The translations under genes and the position numbers were made by a program. DNA of 49,481 nt, taken from the IMG/VR virus record IMGVR_UViG_3300045988_168456. One strand, 5' to 3'. This document shows, in pieces, positions 1-8,785 of this stretch (the stretch's first letter is position 1; each line of letters opens with the position of its first letter). Below the pieces are notes generated by a model. That model was given only the letters and a program-made list of their open reading frames with translations. It had not been told where the DNA came from and ran no database searches. Source of the DNA: a virus.

Positions 1-84
1 CTTTTTTTTTAAGCCAAATTAAAAAGTTTATAATAGTTGAATGCTTTATTCTTTTAAGTTCTGCTAATGTGTTTTTAAGTCCAT
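1..84. repeat. Terminal direct repeat, identical to 49398-49481 (assembly overlap of a circular or terminally redundant genome)
   Basis: cttttttttt aagccaaatt...gtttttaagt ccatc occurs at both window ends. Aligning c1 with c49398 gives 84 identical nt. Confidence 0.95.
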
Positions 85-403
85 CATCTGATAAATCATT
101 AATTTCTTTGCCATCTATGCTATGAATAAGAGCTGCAAATGCTAAATATCTTGGTGAAATCTCATTATTTACCATATACATATTTTGTCTCATATTTTGC
201 AATTCTTGCAAAGCTTTTTTAGCATTATTACTCTTAATAAATCTAGCAATGCGGGTTATATGAGCATCAATATCGTCTGCATCTGAGCCAATTCCAGAAT
301 CTATAAGTAAATATTTATTATATTTTTGAAAATTTATAATTGGCATTTCATCTATGCTATCGTATACGCGCACGACCTTTTTATTTACTATAAGATTTTT
401 CAT
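1..403 (-). CDS. Tail assembly chaperone, gpG-like frame (5' part; the ORF leaves the left edge and continues at 49397)
   Basis: ATG at 403 overlaps the stop of 400..672 (ATGA). My translation MKNLIVNKKVVRVYDSIDEMPIINFQKYNKYLL...INFLIWLKKK is open to position 1. It lies directly upstream of the tape measure gene in circular order. Confidence 0.6.
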   Translation of the reverse strand, partial: MKNLIVNKKVVRVYDSIDEMPIINFQKYNKYLLIDSGIGSDADDIDAHITRIARFIKSNNAKKALQELQNMRQNMYMVNNEISPRYLAFAALIHSIDGKEINDLSDDGLKNTLAELKRIKHSTIINFLIWLKKK

Positions 404-672
404 ATTAAAATTCGCGTTATAGGAGTTGATATAATAGAAATAAATATAATATCTATCTCATTAATGAAAATAGCGAGAATGATAGCGAGAATAAGCGACG
501 TCCAAAAACTTAAACAAAAATCACAATCAAATAATTGAGAAATAAGCTTAGGGGCTTTTATAATTATCTCATCACGCATACCAATTTTTCCAATCAATAA
601 AATAATAAATGCTGCTACTAAGGCTATACATATTAAAGCCGAAAGCATTGTTATAAAATATATCGTTGACAT
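400..672 (-). CDS. Small membrane protein (2-3 predicted TM helices)
   Basis: 90-aa ORF with hydrophobic stretches (ICIALVAAFIILLIG, SLILAIILAIF). Translationally coupled to its neighbours on both sides. Confidence 0.5.
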   Translation of the reverse strand: MSTIYFITMLSALICIALVAAFIILLIGKIGMRDEIIIKAPKLISQLFDCDFCLSFWTSLILAIILAIFINEIDIIFISIISTPITRILI

Positions 673-1286
673 AGTTCTCTCGTTGTTAAAGAAAAATCAA
701 TTCGTATTCCTGAATAAGGATGCATAAAGAATTGCTTATCAATATCTTGCATACCTTCTCCTTTATAAATATAATTATTATAAATTTTTTCTATAGAATA
801 ACCTTTATATATATTCTCAAAGCGCTCATATATATCTTTTATAACGAATTTACCTGTAGTAGTAATAAGACCTGGTGTAGTTAACACACGCATAATTTCA
901 TCTTTTACTTCTTCGGTATACATTACTGTTTCATCTTCGTAGATACTATTAAGATTATACCAAAATATAATGGCCCCATTAAAAGTATATTGAGGTAGTG
1001 ATTGAACTACTTCAGTAATCTTTTGTGGGTCATAAATATCAAACCATGAAAAATTACCAAGGTTATCATTTGGTAAAAGCGATATGTATTCCCCATTGCC
1101 GTTATATATTGCAGGATATACAAATTTATTACCATCTGGTCTGTGTTCTATAAGTTTATATGCTCTACCAAATGCGTAATTAAGCCATTTAAGTTTGTCC
1201 ATAAGTGACTTTTGCATATCCTGCAATATCTTATCAAGTAACACAGGATTTTCTTTAAATCTTATTTGCACTGAGTCTTCTTTCAT
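651..1286 (-). CDS. Virion structural protein; candidate major tail tube protein by position
   Basis: 211-aa ORF between the neck-type genes and the chaperone/tape-measure genes. ATGA overlap with 1283..1750. No motif recognised. Confidence 0.4.
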   Translation of the reverse strand: MKEDSVQIRFKENPVLLDKILQDMQKSLMDKLKWLNYAFGRAYKLIEHRPDGNKFVYPAIYNGNGEYISLLPNDNLGNFSWFDIYDPQKITEVVQSLPQYTFNGAIIFWYNLNSIYEDETVMYTEEVKDEIMRVLTTPGLITTTGKFVIKDIYERFENIYKGYSIEKIYNNYIYKGEGMQDIDKQFFMHPYSGIRIDFSLTTRELCQRYIL

Positions 1287-1750
1287 TTCCTTATTGCCTG
1301 TTTTAATCGTTTAACTAATTCTTTTCTTATGTGAGAACGTATTATTCTAGTAAAGTTTTTATCTGTTAATCTAAAAATCTCTTCACCATATTTCTCAATA
1401 AGCTTAGGTGTCTTTTCATCATTTGCAGTTATATAAAAGCCTTCTGAATCAAATACTACAATCATAGATTTATAAAAAGCTCCTGTATCTCGCAGTGTAA
1501 CCCTGGTAGTCGGTTGACCTTTTTTCTTCTTTATCTGTATAGTTTTAGGTGTATATGGCATATAATTCATTATTTTTTCACCTCTACCATTAATACCACG
1601 ACGATATAATTGGTCGTCTGCTATAGCTGATATTATTACATCTTCTTTATCACGTACAATATCTTCTAATAGTATAGGCAAACTATCTTTAAAGCTATGT
1701 AGTCTATATTCTAGATTACGTAATGTAGCATTATATCGTTTTATAGCCAT
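1283..1750 (-). CDS. Head-tail joining / neck protein candidate
   Basis: 155-aa ORF in the structural operon downstream of the capsid gene. Called by position only. Confidence 0.4.
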   Translation of the reverse strand: MAIKRYNATLRNLEYRLHSFKDSLPILLEDIVRDKEDVIISAIADDQLYRRGINGRGEKIMNYMPYTPKTIQIKKKKGQPTTRVTLRDTGAFYKSMIVVFDSEGFYITANDEKTPKLIEKYGEEIFRLTDKNFTRIIRSHIRKELVKRLKQAIRK

Positions 1751-1753
1751 ATT

Positions 1754-3061
1754 TTATACAGTTCTATATTTTATTCCATTGTTTTTACACGGTAAGCATA
1801 TCCTATCAATTCCAGAAGTATTTAATTTAATAGCTTTAAAGGCCATATCGAGTTGATAACTTAAACCTGATTTTTTCATAGAAGAAGAATCACCATCTAT
1901 CTCATATAGTATGTCAAGTCGAGAAGCATTAATTGAATGCCTATTTGTTCTTACATTAGAATTGTATGCAAATTCACGCAACATATCTACAGCTACTTGC
2001 TTAGCTATAATGTCTTGGAACATCATTCTCTGTTCAATTATAAAATCTGTAATATCACAACTGACTGTAATTTCTAAGTTTAATCCGTAGTTATTATCAT
2101 AAGTATATTGATTGTTTTCGATGTCCCATAGATGTACATTGTTATCTTCTACATCTATAAGTTCTTCATTTACAAAAAATGGATGAATTTCAATGTATTT
2201 AGACCATGCTGTCCAAGTAAGTAATTCTTTTCGTGAGCACGAGCCGCAAGGTTCTTTTGACCAATCTTTATTTTTTCTAATCGCTTGACTTCCATCTGGA
2301 AGTTCAGATTGAAAATAGCATAAATACCAACTTCCTCCAGCGTCATTATATTCACTTTGATATGGTAAATACAAATCATCAACTATAAACCATTCTGAAC
2401 TATTGTCATGTATTTTTGTTAGATTTATAGTTTTAATTGGTTTATATGCACTTGAATGCATGAGGTATAATGTATATTCTCCAGCTTTAGTAAACTGAAG
2501 ACATATTTTATTTATCTTTGTGGTTACGCCTTTTGCTCGTACTGGTATAATTTCAAAGCCAACTAAGTTTTTCTTGTTTTTTACAGTATCTACTAATCTA
2601 CCTGCCCCATCAAATAATATACGATTTTCACATAGTGGTTTATTTGTCCCCTCTGCTGTTTTTTCATTACAGTATCTAATAATAGCTTTTTGAATGCTTG
2701 TTTTTGTTTTATCTTCAAGCCATTCTGAAAATGCATCTGTTTTTACCCAAAAATCTGTTTCTTTATCTGGCTGTTTTTCAGTACAGTTTTGTAAAGCTTT
2801 ATATGTTATGCCGTTGTAATCTACTATAGAACCGCGTTTATATTTTTCTGAAGGCTCATACTCAGGGTATGTAATACCTCTAAAATCCGGAGCTATGCTC
2901 GATAGATTTTGCAATGTTAGCAGAGGGTGTATTTGCTGAAAATATAAACCACTCTCACTAACTGTTAAAGCATCAGATATTTTTAAATCTGATGTATTAT
3001 AATTCTGTTTCCATCCAATAAGATGTAACAACTTTTCTTGTATATCATCGGCTCTAACCAT
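1754..3061 (-). CDS. Structural-module protein (435 aa) with a CBM5/12-like aromatic motif
   Basis: The track ORF 1754..3145 starts at TTG inside the capsid terminator. The first ATG is at 3061 (MVRADDIQEKL). YKRGSIVDYNGITYKALQNCTEKQPDKETDFWVKT resembles chitin/carbohydrate-binding Y..G..V.Y.G..Y.A...W modules. Confidence 0.5.
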   Translation of the reverse strand: MVRADDIQEKLLHLIGWKQNYNTSDLKISDALTVSESGLYFQQIHPLLTLQNLSSIAPDFRGITYPEYEPSEKYKRGSIVDYNGITYKALQNCTEKQPDKETDFWVKTDAFSEWLEDKTKTSIQKAIIRYCNEKTAEGTNKPLCENRILFDGAGRLVDTVKNKKNLVGFEIIPVRAKGVTTKINKICLQFTKAGEYTLYLMHSSAYKPIKTINLTKIHDNSSEWFIVDDLYLPYQSEYNDAGGSWYLCYFQSELPDGSQAIRKNKDWSKEPCGSCSRKELLTWTAWSKYIEIHPFFVNEELIDVEDNNVHLWDIENNQYTYDNNYGLNLEITVSCDITDFIIEQRMMFQDIIAKQVAVDMLREFAYNSNVRTNRHSINASRLDILYEIDGDSSSMKKSGLSYQLDMAFKAIKLNTSGIDRICLPCKNNGIKYRTV

Positions 3062-3070
3062 AACTCTTAA

Positions 3071-3125
3071 TATTTTTATTAAAAATAGGAGGCCACTACT
3101 GCCTAGTGGCTCAGTGTACCTCCTA
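3071..3125 (-). terminator. Intrinsic terminator after the major capsid gene
   Basis: On the minus strand, nested stems taggagg/cctccta (3086-3092 / 3119-3125) and gccacta/tagtggc (3092-3098 / 3104-3110) are followed by TTTTTAATAAAAA. It lies between the capsid stop (3166) and the next ATG (3061). Confidence 0.75.
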
Positions 3126-3165
3126 CCAAAGCTAATAACAACCAAAAGATTTGCTATTAATTTTA

Positions 3166-4296
3166 TTATCCACCAACACCAGGCGCTGTAGCCGCGGGCT
3201 TAGTATTAACCGGATTGTCTTCAGAGTTGACAACGACCACAGGCTTAGCATAAACTGCATCTTCACTTGATACGTTGAATGCCAGAATAGGACTTGCCAA
3301 AGTGCTAGGTGCGCTGTTATGTGCGGTCAAGAAGGCCACATCAACAGCAAAGCCATAGTGCTCTTTACGAGTACGAGTCATATCAGCAGTAGCGGCCCCT
3401 GCGATAGTATTGTAGTCACCTACAGAATCGTAGAAGTATGTACCAACAGGCATATTCAACAGAGGCAAAGTAGCAATGCCCCACTCATGGCCATCACCAG
3501 AAACAGTTCCGAGCAAGCAGTCACGCTCGAAGCGGGTCAACATTCCAAGAGAGCCGGCATTTACGGCATAACCTTGGGCATACTTACCTTCGGTAGCTGC
3601 AATGTTGTTTGTCAGGTGAACAACCTTAGTACCGAATTCATTCTGCTTGTTTACGTCATTGTAAAGGCCGTGCTGCTGCAATTTACGCATAATAGACTCA
3701 ACACCGGGGTCACCTACAATGTGCAACTGGCCATAGAAGTCATTTGCTCCCATCATAACTTCAAGGTCACCAAATACGTTTTCACGCTCAGTCCACTTTG
3801 CATTGATGGCATTAGAAGACCAGTCATACAACAGCGGATTTTTCAAAACCTGTGTTTTGTTGGCTGCGAGAGCAGCAAGAGCAGCTTCATCAAGCTTTTT
3901 CGCAAAAGCATAGATGTACTTCATCATCTTGGTTTCAAAGTCCTTCTGAATGCCAATTTCGTTGTTCATGTACATTGCCGGAGCAATAGTAAATCCCCAC
4001 GCATAAGTGGCAAATGTGATTTGAACCATTTTAGAAGTATTTTCACTGTCGGCAATTGTCACTGTACGTGTGCTACCGATAGTAATATCAGCATCGTAGT
4101 CAATTACCGGAGTTTCCAACGTATTACCGATGGAAGTTCTTGCTTTTTGCTTCAGTTCCTCAGTGAGGATGCCAGTAGGGTCTTCAGACTGCACCATAAA
4201 AGCATTTAGCGCACCGTACCTACTGGGGCGATACTCAAACTTATCAAGGTTAGAGTTCGCACGAATGTTCTGGATACGTGTTAAAACTAGACTCAT
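3166..4296 (-). CDS. Major capsid protein
   Basis: 376-aa ORF directly after the coiled-coil scaffold gene and followed by a strong terminator. This is the typical size and position. Ends in PGVGG. Confidence 0.75.
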   Translation of the reverse strand: MSLVLTRIQNIRANSNLDKFEYRPSRYGALNAFMVQSEDPTGILTEELKQKARTSIGNTLETPVIDYDADITIGSTRTVTIADSENTSKMVQITFATYAWGFTIAPAMYMNNEIGIQKDFETKMMKYIYAFAKKLDEAALAALAANKTQVLKNPLLYDWSSNAINAKWTERENVFGDLEVMMGANDFYGQLHIVGDPGVESIMRKLQQHGLYNDVNKQNEFGTKVVHLTNNIAATEGKYAQGYAVNAGSLGMLTRFERDCLLGTVSGDGHEWGIATLPLLNMPVGTYFYDSVGDYNTIAGAATADMTRTRKEHYGFAVDVAFLTAHNSAPSTLASPILAFNVSSEDAVYAKPVVVVNSEDNPVNTKPAATAPGVGG

Positions 4297-4394
4297 AACT
4301 TTTAAGTTTTTAATTGTTAATAATTATGCTAATATGGTGCATTACCCTTTTACGCCTCATAGCATTTTTCATTTTTATCTTAGGATGTGCCATT

Positions 4395-5342
4395 TTATCT
4401 AATAGGCAAACTTGCCACATTGTTTTCAGTTCTTAATTGCATTGATTGGTTTGCAAATTCTTGCGAATCACGAGTCAGACCATTTGCAAGAAGATATGTT
4501 TCGATAGCCTTATCGGCTTCAACCTGATTTTTAATGCCAGACAAATCAAGCGTTCCACCTGTTCCACTTGAACCGGACCCAAAGTTTCCTGTTCCACCAC
4601 CTGCTTGCTGACGACCTGTATCAATCACATCTTTAAGTGACGTTTCCATCACAAGTTCTTGTATTGTATAAGGATTAAGGTTATTCTTAGGATTGTTAAG
4701 AATATTACCATCTGCCCCGCGTATAACAAGCTTCTTTCCTCCTTGGCCATCATTTATGAAATCAGGAGTACCTTTTGTAAGAATTTCTGCTTTTGCTGCG
4801 CTAAGCAATGTTCTCTGTATAGGTTCAGTAATGCCATTTTTAAACTTAAGATTCGCTGTAGCAGCTTGAAAAGCATAATCTACATGTGTGTCCTTAATAG
4901 TTTTATCAAACTCTGCCTTCTTAGTATTGAACTCAGTTTCCTTTGTCTGAAGCTGAGTTTGAAGCTGAGCTACTTGAGCTTTAGCATCTTTTAACTGTTG
5001 CTTCAAAGTCTCATCACCAGCTCCTTTTTCAAGCTTGGACTGAAGGTCTGTAACTTGTGCTTGAGCAGCAGTAAGCTGAGCTTGAATTGTTTTTGCAGAC
5101 TCTGCTTTAGCTTTATACTCGCCGAGTACACGTTTAGCATAGTCGTAACTTTTTTCACCATCTTTCTTTTTAATACCTGTAATGCTAAAAATATCAGTAT
5201 CATACTGGCCATGTAATGCACCAATTTTAGTGCCTATAACAGTATTTTCATCATTTCTTGACATTTCGGCAATTGCATTCAACTGGTCATCGGTAAGACC
5301 AGTTAAAGCTGAACTTTGTCGTAGCATCTCAATTGTTAACAT
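4395..5342 (-). CDS. Scaffolding protein
   Basis: 315 aa, rich in Q/A/K/E coiled coil (AQLTAAQAQVTDLQSKLEK...AQVAQLQTQLQTKETEF), with a G/S-rich linker. Sits immediately upstream of the capsid gene. Confidence 0.7.
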   Translation of the reverse strand: MLTIEMLRQSSALTGLTDDQLNAIAEMSRNDENTVIGTKIGALHGQYDTDIFSITGIKKKDGEKSYDYAKRVLGEYKAKAESAKTIQAQLTAAQAQVTDLQSKLEKGAGDETLKQQLKDAKAQVAQLQTQLQTKETEFNTKKAEFDKTIKDTHVDYAFQAATANLKFKNGITEPIQRTLLSAAKAEILTKGTPDFINDGQGGKKLVIRGADGNILNNPKNNLNPYTIQELVMETSLKDVIDTGRQQAGGGTGNFGSGSSGTGGTLDLSGIKNQVEADKAIETYLLANGLTRDSQEFANQSMQLRTENNVASLPIR

Positions 5343-5370
5343 ATAGCTTTGTGTTTTTTTATAATTAATA

Positions 5371-5829
5371 CTATTTTTGTACTAACTCTTTAGCATCTCC
5401 ATACGGGTCATGTAAAACTGCCATAATTGTATAGCCAAGTCCTTTATATGCGTTCTTGAAAAGTTGCCACTCTGCAAATGTGAACATTTGAGTATATGCT
5501 GGTGACTCTTCTTTGCCTGTCATTGGATTAAACCTGCGACCATGCACAATTGACAAATGCACCATTTTCTCAGTACCCGGCTCAGGAGTATAATTACTTT
5601 CAACCTGCACTTCTGATACAGATGATTTTTCTTCGATAATATCATCAATATCTACTAAGAAAAGAACTACCTCGTCAAGCTCTTCCTGTAAGTTACTTGT
5701 CCAAGCTTTTCCACCTTTAGCCTTAGCAGCTTCTAGTTCTGCTTTACGTTCTACAGCCTTTTTCTTGTAAGATTTAATATCCTCAAGACTGAGTGCCTGT
5801 AGTTGTTGAAGTTCCAATTTTTGTAACAT
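5371..5829 (-). CDS. Head-module protein, unknown function
   Basis: 152-aa ORF between the portal and scaffold genes. It is the only gene I found ending in TAG (5373-5371), followed in frame by TAT TAA. Confidence 0.5.
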   Translation of the reverse strand: MLQKLELQQLQALSLEDIKSYKKKAVERKAELEAAKAKGGKAWTSNLQEELDEVVLFLVDIDDIIEEKSSVSEVQVESNYTPEPGTEKMVHLSIVHGRRFNPMTGKEESPAYTQMFTFAEWQLFKNAYKGLGYTIMAVLHDPYGDAKELVQK

Positions 5830-7576
5830 ATTCTAAAAGTTTTTTGTTTATAATATCTATTTTTTCTCTCATTGTCTTATTTGAAGCAAACTCAATTATG
5901 TTAATATTCTCACGTTCAAATTTTTCAACTAAAGTACTAAAATTTATTTTAAGCTTTACTAAATTTTCATTTAATAACTTTTTTTCATACAATTTTAACA
6001 CTTCATCCAATGTTTTATGTGGATATGGCTCCAATTGTTTTAAGATGAGCATTCTCTGAAGTACCAAAGGATTGTTACGATACTCAACTTCAAGAATTTG
6101 TTGCGATATAGCATCTAGTTCTGAGTTAGATGCGCCATTCTCCTTTGCTTGTTTGTACTTAGAATATAACTCTGTTACTGTGAAAACGTAAAACTCTGTA
6201 CCCCAGTTTACAGAAGATGATATGAAAGCATCTCCATATCTGAGTTTGCAAACAGTATCTTCGACAAATTTCTGCGCTAATTCAAAACTGGTCTTTAAAG
6301 CGTTGAGAACTGAAGTTTTACTTTCAAAGTTAGCAGTTACTTGAGTCTCATTTATAGCTTCTTTTTCACTTACAGTACCACCTGAACCAACAACAGAAAT
6401 CACAATTTCATTTTTAAGCCTTGCACACTCATTGACATTATAGTCGAGTGAATCTTTATCAATAGTGGTTATCTGAACAGGATTACGCATATCCGCAACA
6501 CCTTCAGACTGATTTGGTATAGGAACTTCTAAGAATGAACCAGGGCCAGCTATACGTTTTTCACTACAGCAAGGACATTTTTCAACTGTTCCGTCATTGA
6601 GAATTTTGTATTCACCTTTTGCATTACGCAGAAAACCTCCATCACAATAATCACCAGTTTCATTATTTTCAAAATTACAATCAGCTTCATACGCACTATA
6701 TATAGGATAAGGTGCATACAAATCTAAATGTTGTTTTGATAAAGCAAAGAATAAATACCAATCAAGATTTGATAGTTCTTTTGTAATTGGATTTTTCTTA
6801 AGGTCTTTATTTTTTTCATTGACTTGTGTTGACCAAAAGAACCTAGCTGGGCAGTATCTTAAATCATGCTTTGCTTCTGAAATAAGCGATTGAATTTCAT
6901 TTTTCTCATTTAGCTGATATACTCTTATAGAAGTATCATCAAATACAGCTATTCTATGTTCTGGCTGTTTAAAAATAAGCCATTCAAATTGATTTTCATC
7001 AAGTTTAGAAGTCTGGTAATCGACTACAGCATCAATTTCAAGCCAATAAAAATATGGTTCTGGGCGTAAAGATGTTTGTATTTGAGGAAGGTCTACTACC
7101 AAAATACTATTTGGTGATACTTGCATCTTTTTCCATCCTGTTGTCTTCCATATCTCTGGCTCATTAAGATTATTCTTTTTATATTGAGACCAGTCCTCTG
7201 CAAGTTCTGAGTCTGTAAACTGATATGAACTTGATGAGTTACGGCTATAGAAAACTCTCTCGAGCTCTCTATAGACGTCCTCAACTACAGCAGGTGTAGG
7301 CAACGGAAATTTGAATAGATTTATGAATATATTGTATTTATCATTTGGAAGTAACTGCCTCACCCAATCAAGAAATACAGTTGTAGGCTGATTAATATCA
7401 GATATAGCAATATTTGTCTCGGTATGAAACCTAAGACGACGTTGCATATTTACAGCTTTCTGAATAGTCTGACGTTTAGTCGGCTTTTGCAGAATTTGCT
7501 TTATCTGATTTAACTCTAAGGCCATTTTCTTCGTCGTAAGTATAATTACTATCTTTGGGTAATTCCCACCCACCAT
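5783..7576 (-). CDS. Portal protein (probable true start at ATG 7525, MALELNQIKQ)
   Basis: ORF of about 580-597 aa downstream of TerL and upstream of scaffold and capsid. Called from size and gene order only. Confidence 0.65.
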   Translation of the reverse strand: MVGGNYPKIVIILTTKKMALELNQIKQILQKPTKRQTIQKAVNMQRRLRFHTETNIAISDINQPTTVFLDWVRQLLPNDKYNIFINLFKFPLPTPAVVEDVYRELERVFYSRNSSSSYQFTDSELAEDWSQYKKNNLNEPEIWKTTGWKKMQVSPNSILVVDLPQIQTSLRPEPYFYWLEIDAVVDYQTSKLDENQFEWLIFKQPEHRIAVFDDTSIRVYQLNEKNEIQSLISEAKHDLRYCPARFFWSTQVNEKNKDLKKNPITKELSNLDWYLFFALSKQHLDLYAPYPIYSAYEADCNFENNETGDYCDGGFLRNAKGEYKILNDGTVEKCPCCSEKRIAGPGSFLEVPIPNQSEGVADMRNPVQITTIDKDSLDYNVNECARLKNEIVISVVGSGGTVSEKEAINETQVTANFESKTSVLNALKTSFELAQKFVEDTVCKLRYGDAFISSSVNWGTEFYVFTVTELYSKYKQAKENGASNSELDAISQQILEVEYRNNPLVLQRMLILKQLEPYPHKTLDEVLKLYEKKLLNENLVKLKINFSTLVEKFERENINIIEFASNKTMREKIDIINKKLLEYVTKIGTSTTTGTQS

Positions 7577-7688
7577 TTATAGCTGTACCCATATCAAGCA
7601 AGCGCTCAGCATGTTGAATGCCGAACTCCTGCTTCATATTATACTTTGGTACAACTAATGTTACTGTTTGCTCTTTTTTCTTTCTCAT
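7476..7688 (-). CDS. Small hypothetical protein
   Basis: 70-aa ORF starting 12 nt after the stop of 7701..8357. Its 3' end overlaps the portal 5' region. Confidence 0.35.
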   Translation of the reverse strand: MRKKKEQTVTLVVPKYNMKQEFGIQHAERLLDMGTAINGGWELPKDSNYTYDEENGLRVKSDKANSAKAD

Positions 7689-7700
7689 AGCTAAATATTT

Positions 7701-8357
7701 TTAGCCACCAACTCCTGTTGATGCAGCATTAACCCAATCAGTAAGAGGATTAAAGTCTAATGTTTCACGTTTAATGATATAGAACATATCACTCCAATTG
7801 GGATAGAATGACCATTCAACAGCATTACTATCTGGTTCTTCAAATCCACCAAGCTTTTTATCGCCGATAAAAAGTTTACCAATAGGAATTGGAAAATATG
7901 CCGTAGGTTCATCCTGGTTATCTACCAAACAGCCAATGTTACCATTTTCATCAATCAACCAAACACCAATTTCTTCACACATATATTGCTTTAACTGAGC
8001 AATTGTTTTTTGACTTTCTTGATAAATAGTAGCAGAGAACATTGTCGGCTCACGACCAATTGTAATCTCAATACCTCCAAGTGTCTGATTGCCACCGCCG
8101 AATGTACGAACGGCGCCAGGTTCAGTAGTAGGTCCTTGAATATACGGAGAAACTGTCATTTTAGAACCATCAGCTGCAGAAAACAATGTAGAAAACGATG
8201 CTTTCTTAGTCGGGTCAGTAACAGAGTTCTTCGTTCCAGCTGTTTTATAGATGCGCTGGAATGCAACTTTTTGAATTTGCCCCATACTTTCTTTGCATTC
8301 AGCAATTTCAAGGTCGGCGATATGAGCACCGGCAGGGCATCCACAGTTTAATCCCAT
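7701..8357 (-). CDS. Structural-module protein with N-terminal NCGCPAG and C-terminal TGVGG
   Basis: 218-aa ORF between TerL and the portal. Its C-terminal GVGG is shared with the major capsid protein. Confidence 0.55.
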   Translation of the reverse strand: MGLNCGCPAGAHIADLEIAECKESMGQIQKVAFQRIYKTAGTKNSVTDPTKKASFSTLFSAADGSKMTVSPYIQGPTTEPGAVRTFGGGNQTLGGIEITIGREPTMFSATIYQESQKTIAQLKQYMCEEIGVWLIDENGNIGCLVDNQDEPTAYFPIPIGKLFIGDKKLGGFEEPDSNAVEWSFYPNWSDMFYIIKRETLDFNPLTDWVNAASTGVGG

Positions 8358-8521
8358 AATTATTTATGCTTTAAATGTTAATATTACCGAGCAGCTACCC
8401 TTAACTTGCATCGAATTACCTATATTTGCTTTGAATAAATTTCTCCACGATGTAAATGTACTAATTTTCTCTATAAGATGTACAGCTTTTAACATTTTTT
8501 ATAGAGGCATTTTTATCTCAT

Positions 8522-8608
8522 ATTCTCGTACTATATTTATTCAAAGCTTATGATTTAATCAGTCATATATAATTAAAAACTCATAGATTACGAGAATAAT
8601 GCGAGAAT
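8522..8608. repeat. Inverted ATTCTCGTA / TACGAGAAT pair plus a tandem GCGAGAAT
   Basis: attctcgta at 8522-8530 and tacgagaat at 8589-8597, then gcgagaat at 8601-8608 (11-nt phasing). Intergenic, between the Zn-ribbon ORF and 7701..8357. Confidence 0.7.
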
Positions 8609-8614
8609 ATAAGC

Positions 8615-8782
8615 TTATAACGTTTTTATGCATTTATCACATATAGTTATTATTTTTCCATTCCTTATAATAACTTTACCACAATCATGTCTTAACTCTT
8701 TCATTGTAGGTTTATAATGTATATAATGGTTTATACAAACACCACATTTATCACATGTAACCTCATATACTTTTGTAATCAT
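8615..8782 (-). CDS. Small zinc-ribbon protein (55 aa; not in the ORF track)
   Basis: My translation is MITKVYEVTCDKCGVCINHYIHYKPTMKELRHDCGKVIIRNGKIITICDKCIKTL, with CDKC...CDKC pairs. The ATG is 4 nt after the TerL stop. Confidence 0.5.
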   Translation of the reverse strand: MITKVYEVTCDKCGVCINHYIHYKPTMKELRHDCGKVIIRNGKIITICDKCIKTL

Positions 8783-8785
8783 ATA

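Noticed and set aside
3319-4209. 296-aa plus-strand ORF inside the major capsid gene.
   Set aside because: It is antisense to a well-supported structural gene. The sequence is Cys/Ser/Arg-rich and low-complexity, with no coupled neighbours. This is a typical shadow ORF.
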